The notes: generated by a model from the letters alone, not told the origin. A stretch of 64,000 nucleotides of DNA from a virus (IMGVR_UViG_3300022723_000207:89185-153184), one strand, 5' to 3'. Positions 18,957-27,025 are shown, counted from the stretch's first letter. Translations and numbers: made by a program.

Positions 18957-19095
18957 CTCTGGAACTTTTGCGTTAATCCCGATCTTGCATACGGAGCCGG
19001 ATGCGTAGGTTCGATTCCTACTTCCCCCACCACTGGGGGAATAGCTCAGCGGTAGAGCGCCGTCGATCATAACTTAACCCATATCCATCCAGAGA
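18956..19095 (+). ncRNA. scaffold ncRNA unit 4 with tRNA module permuted at the anticodon (YrlA-like topology)
   Basis: T arm GTAGGTTCGATTCCTAC, closed acceptor TTCCCCCA-CCAC-TGGGGGAA, then D arm GCTCAGCGGTAGAGC. Confidence 0.8.
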
Positions 19096-19103
19096 CTTTT
19101 GCT

Positions 19104-19144
19104 CCCCATCAGACTTGCCGACAGGCCCTGGTGGGGTTATTTTT
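19104..19144 (+). terminator. putative intrinsic terminator after the ncRNA array
   Basis: CCCCATCAG/CTGGTGGGG stem with large loop, followed by TTATTTTT. Confidence 0.5.
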
Positions 19145-19154
19145 GGTAGCTTGA

Positions 19155-19231
19155 TGCGGGGTAGTGCAGTCCGGTAGCATGTGAGCCTCATAAGCTCAAG
19201 GTCGGAGGTTCGAATCCTTCCCCCGCTTCCA
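19155..19231 (+). tRNA. tRNA-Met(CAT), initiator-like
   Basis: GCGGGG start with 1:72 mismatch, loop CTCATAA, encoded CCA. Confidence 0.9.
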
Positions 19232-19319
19232 AAAGGGCCACGGTACCGCAAAAGTGGTACAAGGTCCGACAATCCTGAAGCCGCCCTATTAAGGGCGGCT
19301 TCAGCTGTATTTAAACATT

Positions 19320-19676
19320 ATGAAAACGATAGTAGCTGGATCAAGGTATATTACAGATCCAGCGTTTGTAATTGATGCTGTTGATAAGTCTGATTTTGAG
19401 ATAACAGAAGTTGTTAGCGGCGGTCAGCGTGGTGTTGATAAACTTGGAGAAGATTACGCTGAAGCAGCTGGCTTGCCTTTAAAGGTGTTTGAGGCAGATT
19501 GGAATAAATATGGTGATTCTGCTGGACCTATTCGTAATGGGCAAATGGCGGAATATGCTGACGCAGCCATAATCGTATGGGATGGCAAGAGTCGAGGATC
19601 TAAAGATATGATGTTGAAAGCTTACAAAAATGGCCTTAAAGTGTACGTTTATAATATCGGTGAGCCAAATATATAA
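19320..19676 (+). CDS. SLOG-family protein (DUF2493/YspA-like)
   Basis: IVAGSR, VVSGGQRGVD, ADWNKYG..AGPIRN, WDGKSRGS. Confidence 0.88.
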   Translation: MKTIVAGSRYITDPAFVIDAVDKSDFEITEVVSGGQRGVDKLGEDYAEAAGLPLKVFEADWNKYGDSAGPIRNGQMAEYADAAIIVWDGKSRGSKDMMLKAYKNGLKVYVYNIGEPNI

Positions 19677-19679
19677 TGT

Positions 19680-20567
19680 ATGAATTTTATCAACCAAATT
19701 GAAGATGTATTTTCTGAGTCTCCTATTGATCCAGTGAGGCCTGCCCTTGATCCTGTTATGTTCGATGAGGATGAAGAACTAAAACCAGAGATAATGGAAT
19801 TCCTCAAGAAAATTGTCGATGATATTGATAAGAATGTGGTTCCTGTAATTGGAAAGTCCTTAATTAAGGGGTCTATTCTCAGTTATCAATGGTTGCCTCA
19901 TACCGATGTTGATTTGTTGGTTGAAATTGATGAGAATATTAATGATCATCAATGGGATGTTATTGGTGATCAAATTGAAGAACGTTATGATGGTTTATTC
20001 ATTCCCGGCACCAAACACCCTTTGCAGGTGTTCGCAAAGCGTGGCAAGTACGATATAGCTGATGCTGATGGTGTTTACGATCTCTATAGGGGTTGGGTTA
20101 AAGGTCCGTATTCACATAAAGTAGATGTTCAGAAGTATATGGACGAATTCAGAGATGTAGTTCAAAACATGGATTTAACTGCTGGGGAATTGAGAAGAGA
20201 TTTAATTGATTATGATATATTAAATGATCTTGGCGAAGATGAAATAAAAGGGTTAAAGGCTCAATTACGTGCCAAATTGGATGAAATTGATCAAGGTGTG
20301 GACAGTCTGTTATTTCAACGTCAAGCGGTCAAGGATGCAAGGCGCGATGCTTTTGATAGGGATATGACTCTCGATGAAATTAAAGAGTTTGGGTCTAAGA
20401 ACCTATTGCCAGCTAATGTGATTCAAAAAATGTTAGAGCGTTATCACTATATGAATATCTTATCTAAGATGAAGAAAATTAAAGATGATGACGATAAGTT
20501 AGACGACGATGATATTGAAGAACTTAATGATATTTTCAATATCGAGGGCTTAAATTATGAAGCTTGA
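19680..20567 (+). CDS. phage nucleotidyltransferase-fold protein
   Basis: KGSILSYQW...TDVDLLV GS/DxD motif; GVYDL..GWVKGP. Confidence 0.65.
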   Translation: MNFINQIEDVFSESPIDPVRPALDPVMFDEDEELKPEIMEFLKKIVDDIDKNVVPVIGKSLIKGSILSYQWLPHTDVDLLVEIDENINDHQWDVIGDQIEERYDGLFIPGTKHPLQVFAKRGKYDIADADGVYDLYRGWVKGPYSHKVDVQKYMDEFRDVVQNMDLTAGELRRDLIDYDILNDLGEDEIKGLKAQLRAKLDEIDQGVDSLLFQRQAVKDARRDAFDRDMTLDEIKEFGSKNLLPANVIQKMLERYHYMNILSKMKKIKDDDDKLDDDDIEELNDIFNIEGLNYEA

Positions 20568-21072
20568 TATGATTAATGAAGATTTTGATTATGACAATCT
20601 AGCTAAGGATAAATGGCAAGAGCTTCTTAAAGAATTAATGGATATTGATGGATTTAGCTTCGATCTTGAGAATGATTATGATGTAAGCAAGGATAGATTG
20701 ATAACTGTTCATGAAGATGAAGATTCTGAGCTAAAAGATCAAGCCCGTTGCCAAATGTTTGAGGCAGGCGGCGATTGGCAAGAACCTACTTGCTACTTCC
20801 GTTGTCAAGCGGTTAATGGACGATTCTATTGTTCTTGTACTGATCGACTGATTTCGCCGCATGATGGCGGTGGCATGTTTTGTTTGATTCCCCCGAAAGA
20901 TGGTGGTAATTATCATTTAGTTGAAACAGAGGATGGGAGGTTTGTGCCTGCGGACGCGGATGGCACCAAGGATCGTGATGAGAGAATGACTTATAATGAA
21001 AAAGATTGTTGGGAATGGTTAAAAGATATGTTGGATAACATGAGAAAAGATGCTATGGAAGAAATGAAATGA
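20557..21072 (+). CDS. acidic hypothetical protein
   Basis: N-terminal MKLDMINE motif. Confidence 0.6.
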   Translation: MKLDMINEDFDYDNLAKDKWQELLKELMDIDGFSFDLENDYDVSKDRLITVHEDEDSELKDQARCQMFEAGGDWQEPTCYFRCQAVNGRFYCSCTDRLISPHDGGGMFCLIPPKDGGNYHLVETEDGRFVPADADGTKDRDERMTYNEKDCWEWLKDMLDNMRKDAMEEMK

Positions 21073-21380
21073 ACGACAATTATCCGCGTGCCGCAGAAAA
21101 TGCACCAGAAGAAGTTAAAAGTCTAGTCGATGCTATTTTGGTTGGCGGGCTACCGGACGATCTGCCTTTATTGTATGCCATATTGGGAAGCGGTACTCCT
21201 CCCTATAAGATGAGTCGGGAGGACTCTGAATATCAGAGTGAACCTAGTGGTAATCAGATGTGCGCTAATTGTGAATATGCTTACAAAAAAGTCGTCAGAG
21301 ATCGTTATATCTGTTCTCAAATTCGTGGGCCTATTGAACTAGACGGTTGGTGTAGGCTTTGGGTTCCGCCCATTAAATAG
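21069..21380 (+). CDS. HiPIP-like iron-sulfur domain protein
   Basis: YQSEP..QMCANC...CSQIRGPI..DGWCRLW has the HiPIP four-Cys spacing. Confidence 0.7.
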   Translation: MNDNYPRAAENAPEEVKSLVDAILVGGLPDDLPLLYAILGSGTPPYKMSREDSEYQSEPSGNQMCANCEYAYKKVVRDRYICSQIRGPIELDGWCRLWVPPIK

Positions 21381-21387
21381 GAATACA

Positions 21388-21798
21388 ATGAAGTTTAGAA
21401 CCGTTTATGGCATCCTTCCAGTTTTAATCTTTTATCCTGATATAAAAGATGCTCATTGGACCGCCAAGCAAAATGGACCGTTTATTAGAATTCGTGAGTT
21501 TAAGGGTGATGAAGGTGTGGCCAGACATGAAATGACGACTTTTATAGATTCAACAGAAGATCCAGACGATCCTTATGTAGACGAAAGTGGCTACAACGAA
21601 TGGATTGATCGTCTTGGGGTTGAACCAATTGCCAGTACAGCGAGTGGCGATGCGGACGGTTACGAAGTTTATGTTAGAGTACTAGAGCCATTGCCACCAG
21701 AAGCCGAGGTATATAGATCTAGTGTTATAGATGGAATTGGTGTGGATAAAGATAGCCACTTTGATATGATGATGGATGAGTTTGGTGAATGGCCGTGA
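21388..21798 (+). CDS. hypothetical protein
   Basis: 136-aa ORF with AGGA SD. Confidence 0.5.
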   Translation: MKFRTVYGILPVLIFYPDIKDAHWTAKQNGPFIRIREFKGDEGVARHEMTTFIDSTEDPDDPYVDESGYNEWIDRLGVEPIASTASGDADGYEVYVRVLEPLPPEAEVYRSSVIDGIGVDKDSHFDMMMDEFGEWP

Positions 21799-21837
21799 TA
21801 GATAATTTACGATTCTTTGCGGACTGTTAGAAATGAC

Positions 21838-21866
21838 TTGACAATTCGGAACGATTCCGATAAAAT
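21838..21866 (+). promoter_or_regulatory. sigma70 promoter
   Basis: TTGACA-17bp-TAAAAT. Confidence 0.85.
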
Positions 21867-21877
21867 ATAGGGCAGAC

Positions 21878-22000
21878 ATGAACTCACACCCATTACTTAT
21901 GGAAGCCACGATGGCGACAGCAGAACAAGCAGTCGAGCGATTCGACGTGTTTGGATGGGACTGCGGTATTAAGACCGATCCAGACCCAGGTGGCACCTAA
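21878..22000 (+). CDS. putative attenuator leader peptide, 40 aa (MNSHPLLMEATMATAEQAVERFDVFGWDCGIKTDPDPGGT)
   Basis: starts just after the promoter; 3' end overlaps the antiterminator arm; D/E/G codons match downstream tRNAs. Confidence 0.65.
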   Translation: MNSHPLLMEATMATAEQAVERFDVFGWDCGIKTDPDPGGT

Positions 22001-22026
22001 GAGTTCAGTATAATCAAGAACCTCTT

Positions 22027-22068
22027 AAGAGCCCCTGGGAACTAAAAAGCCCAGGGGCTCTTGCTTTT
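22027..22068 (+). terminator. attenuator terminator hairpin
   Basis: AAGAGCCCCTGGG/CCCAGGGGCTCTT 13-bp stem then GCTTTT; competing pairing 21985-22006 with 22018-22039. Confidence 0.7.
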
Positions 22069-22107
22069 GGTACCCTTTGACAATTTTATAGATGTGGATT
22101 AACACTT

Positions 22108-22185
22108 GGCCCTTTAGCTCAGACGGTCTAGAGCACTTGCTTGTCACGCAAGAGGTCGCGGGTTCGATCCCCGCAAGGGTCGCCA
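22108..22185 (+). tRNA. tRNA-Asp(GTC)
   Basis: cloverleaf, loop TTGTCAC, CCA. Confidence 0.93.
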
Positions 22186-22189
22186 AACT

Positions 22190-22217
22190 AAGTCCCCCAC
22201 TTCGGTGGGGGACTTTT
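22190..22217 (+). terminator. intrinsic terminator-like hairpin within the tRNA cluster
   Basis: AAGTCCCCCAC-TTCG-GTGGGGGACTTTT. Confidence 0.75.
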
Positions 22218-22219
22218 AT

Positions 22220-22291
22220 GCTCCCATGGTCTAGTGGTTATGACGACAGATTTTCAATCTGTAAACAGGAGTTCAATTCTCCTTGGGAGTA
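22220..22291 (+). tRNA. tRNA-Glu(TTC)
   Basis: cloverleaf, loop TTTTCAA, no encoded CCA. Confidence 0.9.
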
Positions 22292-22390
22292 CTAGAATAT
22301 GCACCGACCCTCGCTAAAGAGGGAAGTCTCCTAGGGTTCGCGGCCTATAATGGGGGCTTCGGGTGGGGTAGAACCATCTCGGTGCTCTAT

Positions 22391-22465
22391 GCAGATATGG
22401 TGATAATGGTAGCACGTCGCCTTGCCAAGGCGAGGGCGCGGGTTCGATTCCCGCTATCTGCTCCA
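22391..22465 (+). tRNA. tRNA-Gly(GCC)
   Basis: cloverleaf, loop TTGCCAA, U73, CCA. Confidence 0.93.
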
Positions 22466-22526
22466 GTTTGTCGTAGTGAGCCCACTGTAGAAGGCCCTGG
22501 GTTCAAGTCCCAGTACCCACACCACC

Positions 22527-22643
22527 TTAGGGGTAGATGCGATTGGTGAGCATTTCGTTATGGCGTCCTGCGGTAGCGCTGCCATAGGGACACGGGCTTG
22601 CCCGTACTAGCGAATGAAGCAGGTTCGATTCCTGCACCCCTAA
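22527..22643 (+). ncRNA. tRNA-like RNA with anticodon loop replaced by a structured insert
   Basis: TTAGGGGT/ACCCCTAA acceptor, ATGC/GCAT D arm, GCAGGTTCGATTCCTGC T arm. Confidence 0.65.
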
Positions 22644-23046
22644 CAATTAACCCAGCTGAGGTTCGACCTTTCACAGGAGGGATGGGCTGTGACCCAGCTG
22701 GGTTCCTTCTTCCTTATGCTCGTGAAACGGGCGCTGGCAGAACCCCCAGTATCGTGGCAGGCGATTGAGTGTTATTAATTAGTGGATTGTTATTGTTACA
22801 AACAGGCATGAATGGTGTGCATTATATCGATGGTTATAAAATATATATTGAAGATGGTATGTTGTATGTCAATAGTGTTAAAGATAAAAGATTTAAGACT
22901 CCTGCCGGTGTTGTCTTTGCCACTGGCAGTGTTTTTAGATCTTATAGGAAACACTTTTATCATGAATATGGAAGAGCTTATGTTGGTGATAAGATTGTGA
23001 GTGAAGAAGTATCTAAGGAGGTTATTTGTAAGATCAAAGATATGTT

Positions 23047-23922
23047 ATGATTGATTTAATTAGCAAGCTGTTGATATCAGAGTCAAGAAAGCTTTCTGAA
23101 GCATTTTCTGCTCAGAATAAAAGAGCATATCAACGTGAATATGACAGAATTAAAGACCAATTAATAAGTTATGATTTAAATCCTGATGATTTTGTAAAAA
23201 ATGATGCCAGAGTTACTACTGGTGAAATGAGAAAAATTAAAAATGCTATTCAAAAGGTACAACAGGAGAAAGAGTTACAGGCTAGAAAAAGCGCTGAAAC
23301 TCAAGATATCCAAGATCAAATTGATGATCTTTATGACCAGTTAGAAGCTGCTGGCAAGCAAGACATTGCTGACGAGCTTCTTCAACAATCTACAGGGAAA
23401 GAAGATCCTAATAGTTGGTTGTTAGATCAATATAAGTCTGTACTAGACCCAGAGCATGGTTGGGAGCAAAGAGGTAAAGATTTAGAAGCTGAGATGCCAA
23501 GAGACATGCCTGATGTGGACAAAAGAGGTCATGACATAGCTGACTTTGATGTGGACGAATTACCTGCTGATGTAGAAGATGATTCTAACATCAGAAGATT
23601 CAAGCATATGACTTTGAAAATAATGAATTTATTGGATATTTCAAGAGTAGAAATGGCATCATTAATGAACCATTTGAACATAGATAGCCACATTATAAGT
23701 AATATATTTCCCACTGTTAGACAGAGCAAAATCCAAAATGTGGCCCATGCTAGGGCTGCCAAAAAGATACAGAATGCAGACCCAGAGGTAAAAGCTGCAT
23801 TGAAAAATTCACTAAGCGCAATAATGCAGCATGGAACTTATAAACTTGGAGAAGACATAGTTATTATGTCTGAGTCTGGTGTCAGTCTAATACCAGCTGG
23901 GACTAAGATCTTAATTGTGTGA
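23047..23922 (+). CDS. hypothetical protein, possible internal head protein
   Basis: 291 aa; LISE/LSE motifs near the N-terminus. Confidence 0.6.
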   Translation: MIDLISKLLISESRKLSEAFSAQNKRAYQREYDRIKDQLISYDLNPDDFVKNDARVTTGEMRKIKNAIQKVQQEKELQARKSAETQDIQDQIDDLYDQLEAAGKQDIADELLQQSTGKEDPNSWLLDQYKSVLDPEHGWEQRGKDLEAEMPRDMPDVDKRGHDIADFDVDELPADVEDDSNIRRFKHMTLKIMNLLDISRVEMASLMNHLNIDSHIISNIFPTVRQSKIQNVAHARAAKKIQNADPEVKAALKNSLSAIMQHGTYKLGEDIVIMSESGVSLIPAGTKILIV

Positions 23923-24426
23923 GATACTTAGGACATTTTGACATATGAATAGGGCATGCCTTTTGAACTATTTGGATTACTCATGACATTCACAAGGGTC
24001 CCTTATGGAGTACCACAGAGTATTTCATTTACATGCAAAACTCATCTGATTTAGTAAAAGAAGTGCGTTGCAACAGAATGTCTTCCTCAAGCTGGGAGAC
24101 AATTGGTACAAGTACACGATGCCAAGTGGTGTTTTAGGTGACATGTTGATGGCTCTTAGTCTTGGTAAATACTATAATTCCTTTATTAGAGGGAATTTTG
24201 GTGAGGCTCGTACTACTCAAGCGGCTGTGAGTAAGGCCAAAGCGAGAGTTTTGTATGTGCAGCCAAGTAAAGAGAACTAGCCTTGTGATATCGGGGGTTC
24301 CTGCTAGAGCTGCTATTATAGTGTAATCGACATTTATTAGTTAAGTTTAGACAAGAAATTTTCAATAGTGGCCCCCGTTTGTCATGGTGATACTAGTTGT
24401 AGCGTGCGGCAATACATGATATTTAT

Positions 24427-24504
24427 GCGCTGGTAGCTCAGTCTGGTTAGAGCGCACGCCTGATAAGCGTGTTGTCGGTGGTTCAAATCCACCTCAGCGC
24501 ACCA
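24427..24504 (+). tRNA. tRNA-Ile(GAT)
   Basis: cloverleaf, loop CTGATAA, CCA. Confidence 0.93.
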
Positions 24505-24505
24505 T

Positions 24506-25195
24506 TCAAATGATGAGCCGTTGCCGCAAACTCAATAACTCATCGTCATTTATTATTTTAGATTTAATTTCTGGCCAATCGCTTCTCTTAGAATAATTTG
24601 AGGGGTCATTCCACCGAGTTAGTCGATTGTCGCTATCGTAAGAAGAACCACACCAAGCTATTTTACTCAAAGTTGAATCGTTGTTCACTTTATTGAATTT
24701 AGATGCTATTCTTTGTCTGTACATTTTGTTTTGGACCCATTTATCATAAACAATAGTAAATGATATATTTAAGACTTTTGAGTTAATTGATTCTTTAGCA
24801 CAATTTTTCCATAGCGATATATCTTTATCAGTATAAAGGCCGGATTTGACCCTACTTGCTATCAAGTGTAAAGGGTCTCTTAATATCATTATGGAATATT
24901 CATTGGTGCTTTCGCCAATTGTTTTTTCTTTGTCTGGCACTAACTCCTGATATACTAATGTAGGATCGACATCTTCGTAACTGTAAATTAAGCATTCTCT
25001 ATCTTCAGTGTTGTCCCGTAATTTTTGGTATTGGGGGATATCAAAAACGTTGTTGTTTGCTTCACATATTGGACTGCGGTAACATACTACATCGTTAAAG
25101 AATAATACTTTATCGAAGTGACTTGCTATCCAATTAATAATGCAGTGATTACCACTTCGCTTCATACCAAATATTCTAAATTCGTTGTCATTCAT
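24506..25195 (-). CDS. sulfotransferase-like protein
   Basis: FGMKRSGNHCIINWI, ILRDP motifs; start set at MNDNEF so it does not overlap tRNA-Glu. Confidence 0.65.
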   Translation of the reverse strand: MNDNEFRIFGMKRSGNHCIINWIASHFDKVLFFNDVVCYRSPICEANNNVFDIPQYQKLRDNTEDRECLIYSYEDVDPTLVYQELVPDKEKTIGESTNEYSIMILRDPLHLIASRVKSGLYTDKDISLWKNCAKESINSKVLNISFTIVYDKWVQNKMYRQRIASKFNKVNNDSTLSKIAWCGSSYDSDNRLTRWNDPSNYSKRSDWPEIKSKIINDDELLSLRQRLII

Positions 25196-25207
25196 ATCAC
25201 TAGTTAC

Positions 25208-25283
25208 GCTCCCTTCATCTAGTGGCCTAGGATGCGAGATTCTCAGTCTCGTCACACCGGTTCAAATCCGGTAGGTAGTACCA
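25208..25283 (+). tRNA. tRNA-Glu(CTC)
   Basis: loop TTCTCAG, CCA; one acceptor-stem mismatch. Confidence 0.85.
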
Positions 25284-25334
25284 GACTCAAAGATAATACA
25301 AGTTATATTTTCAAGATATAGCTAAGGATGGTCG

Positions 25335-25868
25335 ATGGGTACAGGCGATATGTTCGATGATAGTGGTGGATATAAAAGTCATCACCATAAGTCTCGTGAG
25401 GTTACTCCAGAAGAGCTTCAAGAGTTAGAACGTCGTGCTCGTAAAGAAGGTAAGCGCGATATAATTTTGTCTCAGTTGGTGGATCAGCAAGCAGAGACGG
25501 TTAAGGCTCTTAGAGAGGTCAATATCAGGCTGGCTGAGGGTGGTAGAGACATTGATCGTTTAGATGAGGAACATAGCCAGACTATTCAGTCGGTAAAGGC
25601 TATTGGTGTCCAGGCTCAAAAAGCTACTGATTTAATGACTGCGCATGTCGCTCAGTGTGATGAGCGTTGGAACATGCTTAAAAAACAGATAAATATAAAT
25701 GAGCAAAAGACTGATAAGCAGCCCACTGTTGTTCAGACAGTGGTTGCAAATGTCTTGAGTGCCCTTGTGATAGCTGCAGTAATGGGTGGATTAATGGCTT
25801 GGATAATGTTGGGCAACCAGCCTAAACAGCAACAGCCATCAACACCGCCTACTCACAACAAACCTTGA
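25335..25868 (+). CDS. coiled-coil protein with C-terminal transmembrane helix
   Basis: hydrophobic VLSALVIAAVMGGLMAWIML. Confidence 0.6.
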   Translation: MGTGDMFDDSGGYKSHHHKSREVTPEELQELERRARKEGKRDIILSQLVDQQAETVKALREVNIRLAEGGRDIDRLDEEHSQTIQSVKAIGVQAQKATDLMTAHVAQCDERWNMLKKQININEQKTDKQPTVVQTVVANVLSALVIAAVMGGLMAWIMLGNQPKQQQPSTPPTHNKP

Positions 25869-25875
25869 GGGTATC

Positions 25876-26280
25876 ATGCCTAGCAAAGTATTATTGGTTG
25901 AAGATGAGAAGCTTGCAGCTAAATATTTTAAAAGAGCTTTAGAATCTCATAACATTGAAGTAGACTATTATGAGTCACTAGAAGAACTTAGAGAGCATTA
26001 TGGCGATTTGAACCAATATAAAATGGTATTTGTCGATTTGCGCTTAGATAAAAATGGATGGCATATTGGTGGCAAGGACGTTTTAAAAGAGATGCTTGAT
26101 GTTTCTGATATGCCGTTTTATGTTATTTGGACGGCTTATGGGGAATGCCCAGAGGCACGAGAATGTTTGAATATAGGTGCATCGCTTATAATGTCTAAAG
26201 ATGGCAATTCTGATAAGATTTTGGAACTGGCTGGCCATATAGATAAGACTTATGAGCCCAGGAGAGTATATGGATATTGA
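25876..26280 (+). CDS. single-domain response regulator (receiver)
   Basis: KVLLVEDE, VFVDLRL, GKDVL, IWTAYG, GASLIMSK. Confidence 0.85.
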   Translation: MPSKVLLVEDEKLAAKYFKRALESHNIEVDYYESLEELREHYGDLNQYKMVFVDLRLDKNGWHIGGKDVLKEMLDVSDMPFYVIWTAYGECPEARECLNIGASLIMSKDGNSDKILELAGHIDKTYEPRRVYGY

Positions 26281-26477
26281 ATACCGCTGTAGGTTGGGTG
26301 ATAGAGATTGATTTTGGGTCGTTTTATCAGTTAGAACAAGCTATTAGACAGACTGATTATCAAGATAAGTGAACCGGATTATGCAGGTTTATACTGACAC
26401 TTTTACTAGAGATATATGCCCATCTTAAAACTGTGTTCTATCAATCTATATGGAATTACAGAAGAAACTTTAAACAT

Positions 26478-26553
26478 ATGGGCGTAGCTCAATAGGTAGA
26501 GCAGCTGATTCCAAATCAGCTGGTTGCGGGTTCGATCCCTGCCGCCCATGCCA
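26478..26553 (+). tRNA. tRNA-Trp(CCA)
   Basis: loop TTCCAAA, G73, CCA. Confidence 0.93.
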
Positions 26554-26634
26554 GAGGGGTCCTGTTGGTGAAAGCTGAATAGTGAGCCGTGCCCCACAGC
26601 CCAACTAGTAGCTATTCAGTGGAAGCCAACTTAT

Positions 26635-26709
26635 GCGAGATTGGTGTAACGGCTAACATCTGACACTTCCAATGTTAGGCTATCGGTTCGATTCCGATAT
26701 CTCGCACCA
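26635..26709 (+). tRNA. tRNA-Gly(TCC)
   Basis: loop CTTCCAA, CCA. Confidence 0.88.
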
Positions 26710-26733
26710 TTCAATGGAATTAAGGAGTATGAC

Positions 26734-26907
26734 ATGAACATAGGCGATACTGTGATATTGGAGAGTGGCTCTCCGAAAATGACCATTGTTGGTATTATAA
26801 AAGGTGAAGCTGAATGTTCGTGGTATAGTGCAATCGGCAACATTAAATATGATAAATATTCAATAAGCAAGCTGCGGTCGCTTTCTGCGATCCCAGATAG
26901 ATTTTAG
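26734..26907 (+). CDS. YodC/DUF2158-like small protein (57 aa; not in ORF track)
   Basis: MNIGDTVILESGSPKMTI...AECSWY; AAGGAG SD. Confidence 0.75.
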   Translation: MNIGDTVILESGSPKMTIVGIIKGEAECSWYSAIGNIKYDKYSISKLRSLSAIPDRF

Positions 26908-26982
26908 GGCCTTGGGACTGCTTGGAGTGGTCATCTCCCTTGCAAGGAGAAAAACAGTTGGGTTCGAATCCCAAAAGGTCCA
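26907..26982 (+). tRNA. tRNA-Ala(TGC)
   Basis: loop CTTGCAA, G3:U70 pair, atypical D arm. Confidence 0.85.
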
Positions 26983-27025
26983 CTTTTAGTATTCGTCGGA
27001 TCGTACCCGATAGACTCCACCATAT

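Noticed and set aside
18361-19095. CRISPR array or ordinary tRNA cluster
   Set aside because: Shared motifs are short and split, unit lengths vary, no cas genes are present; the tRNA cores have shortened or closed acceptor stems inside long enclosing helices.
19018-19375. ORF-track ORFs over RNA genes (also 22092, 22283, 26406, 26931, 31276, 36659, 39170, 39355, 43297)
   Set aside because: They are shadow frames across tRNA, tmRNA or ncRNA genes.
26990-27022. Additional tRNA genes (also ~22498-22524 and ~35208-35230)
   Set aside because: Only partial arms remain and no full cloverleaf can be built.
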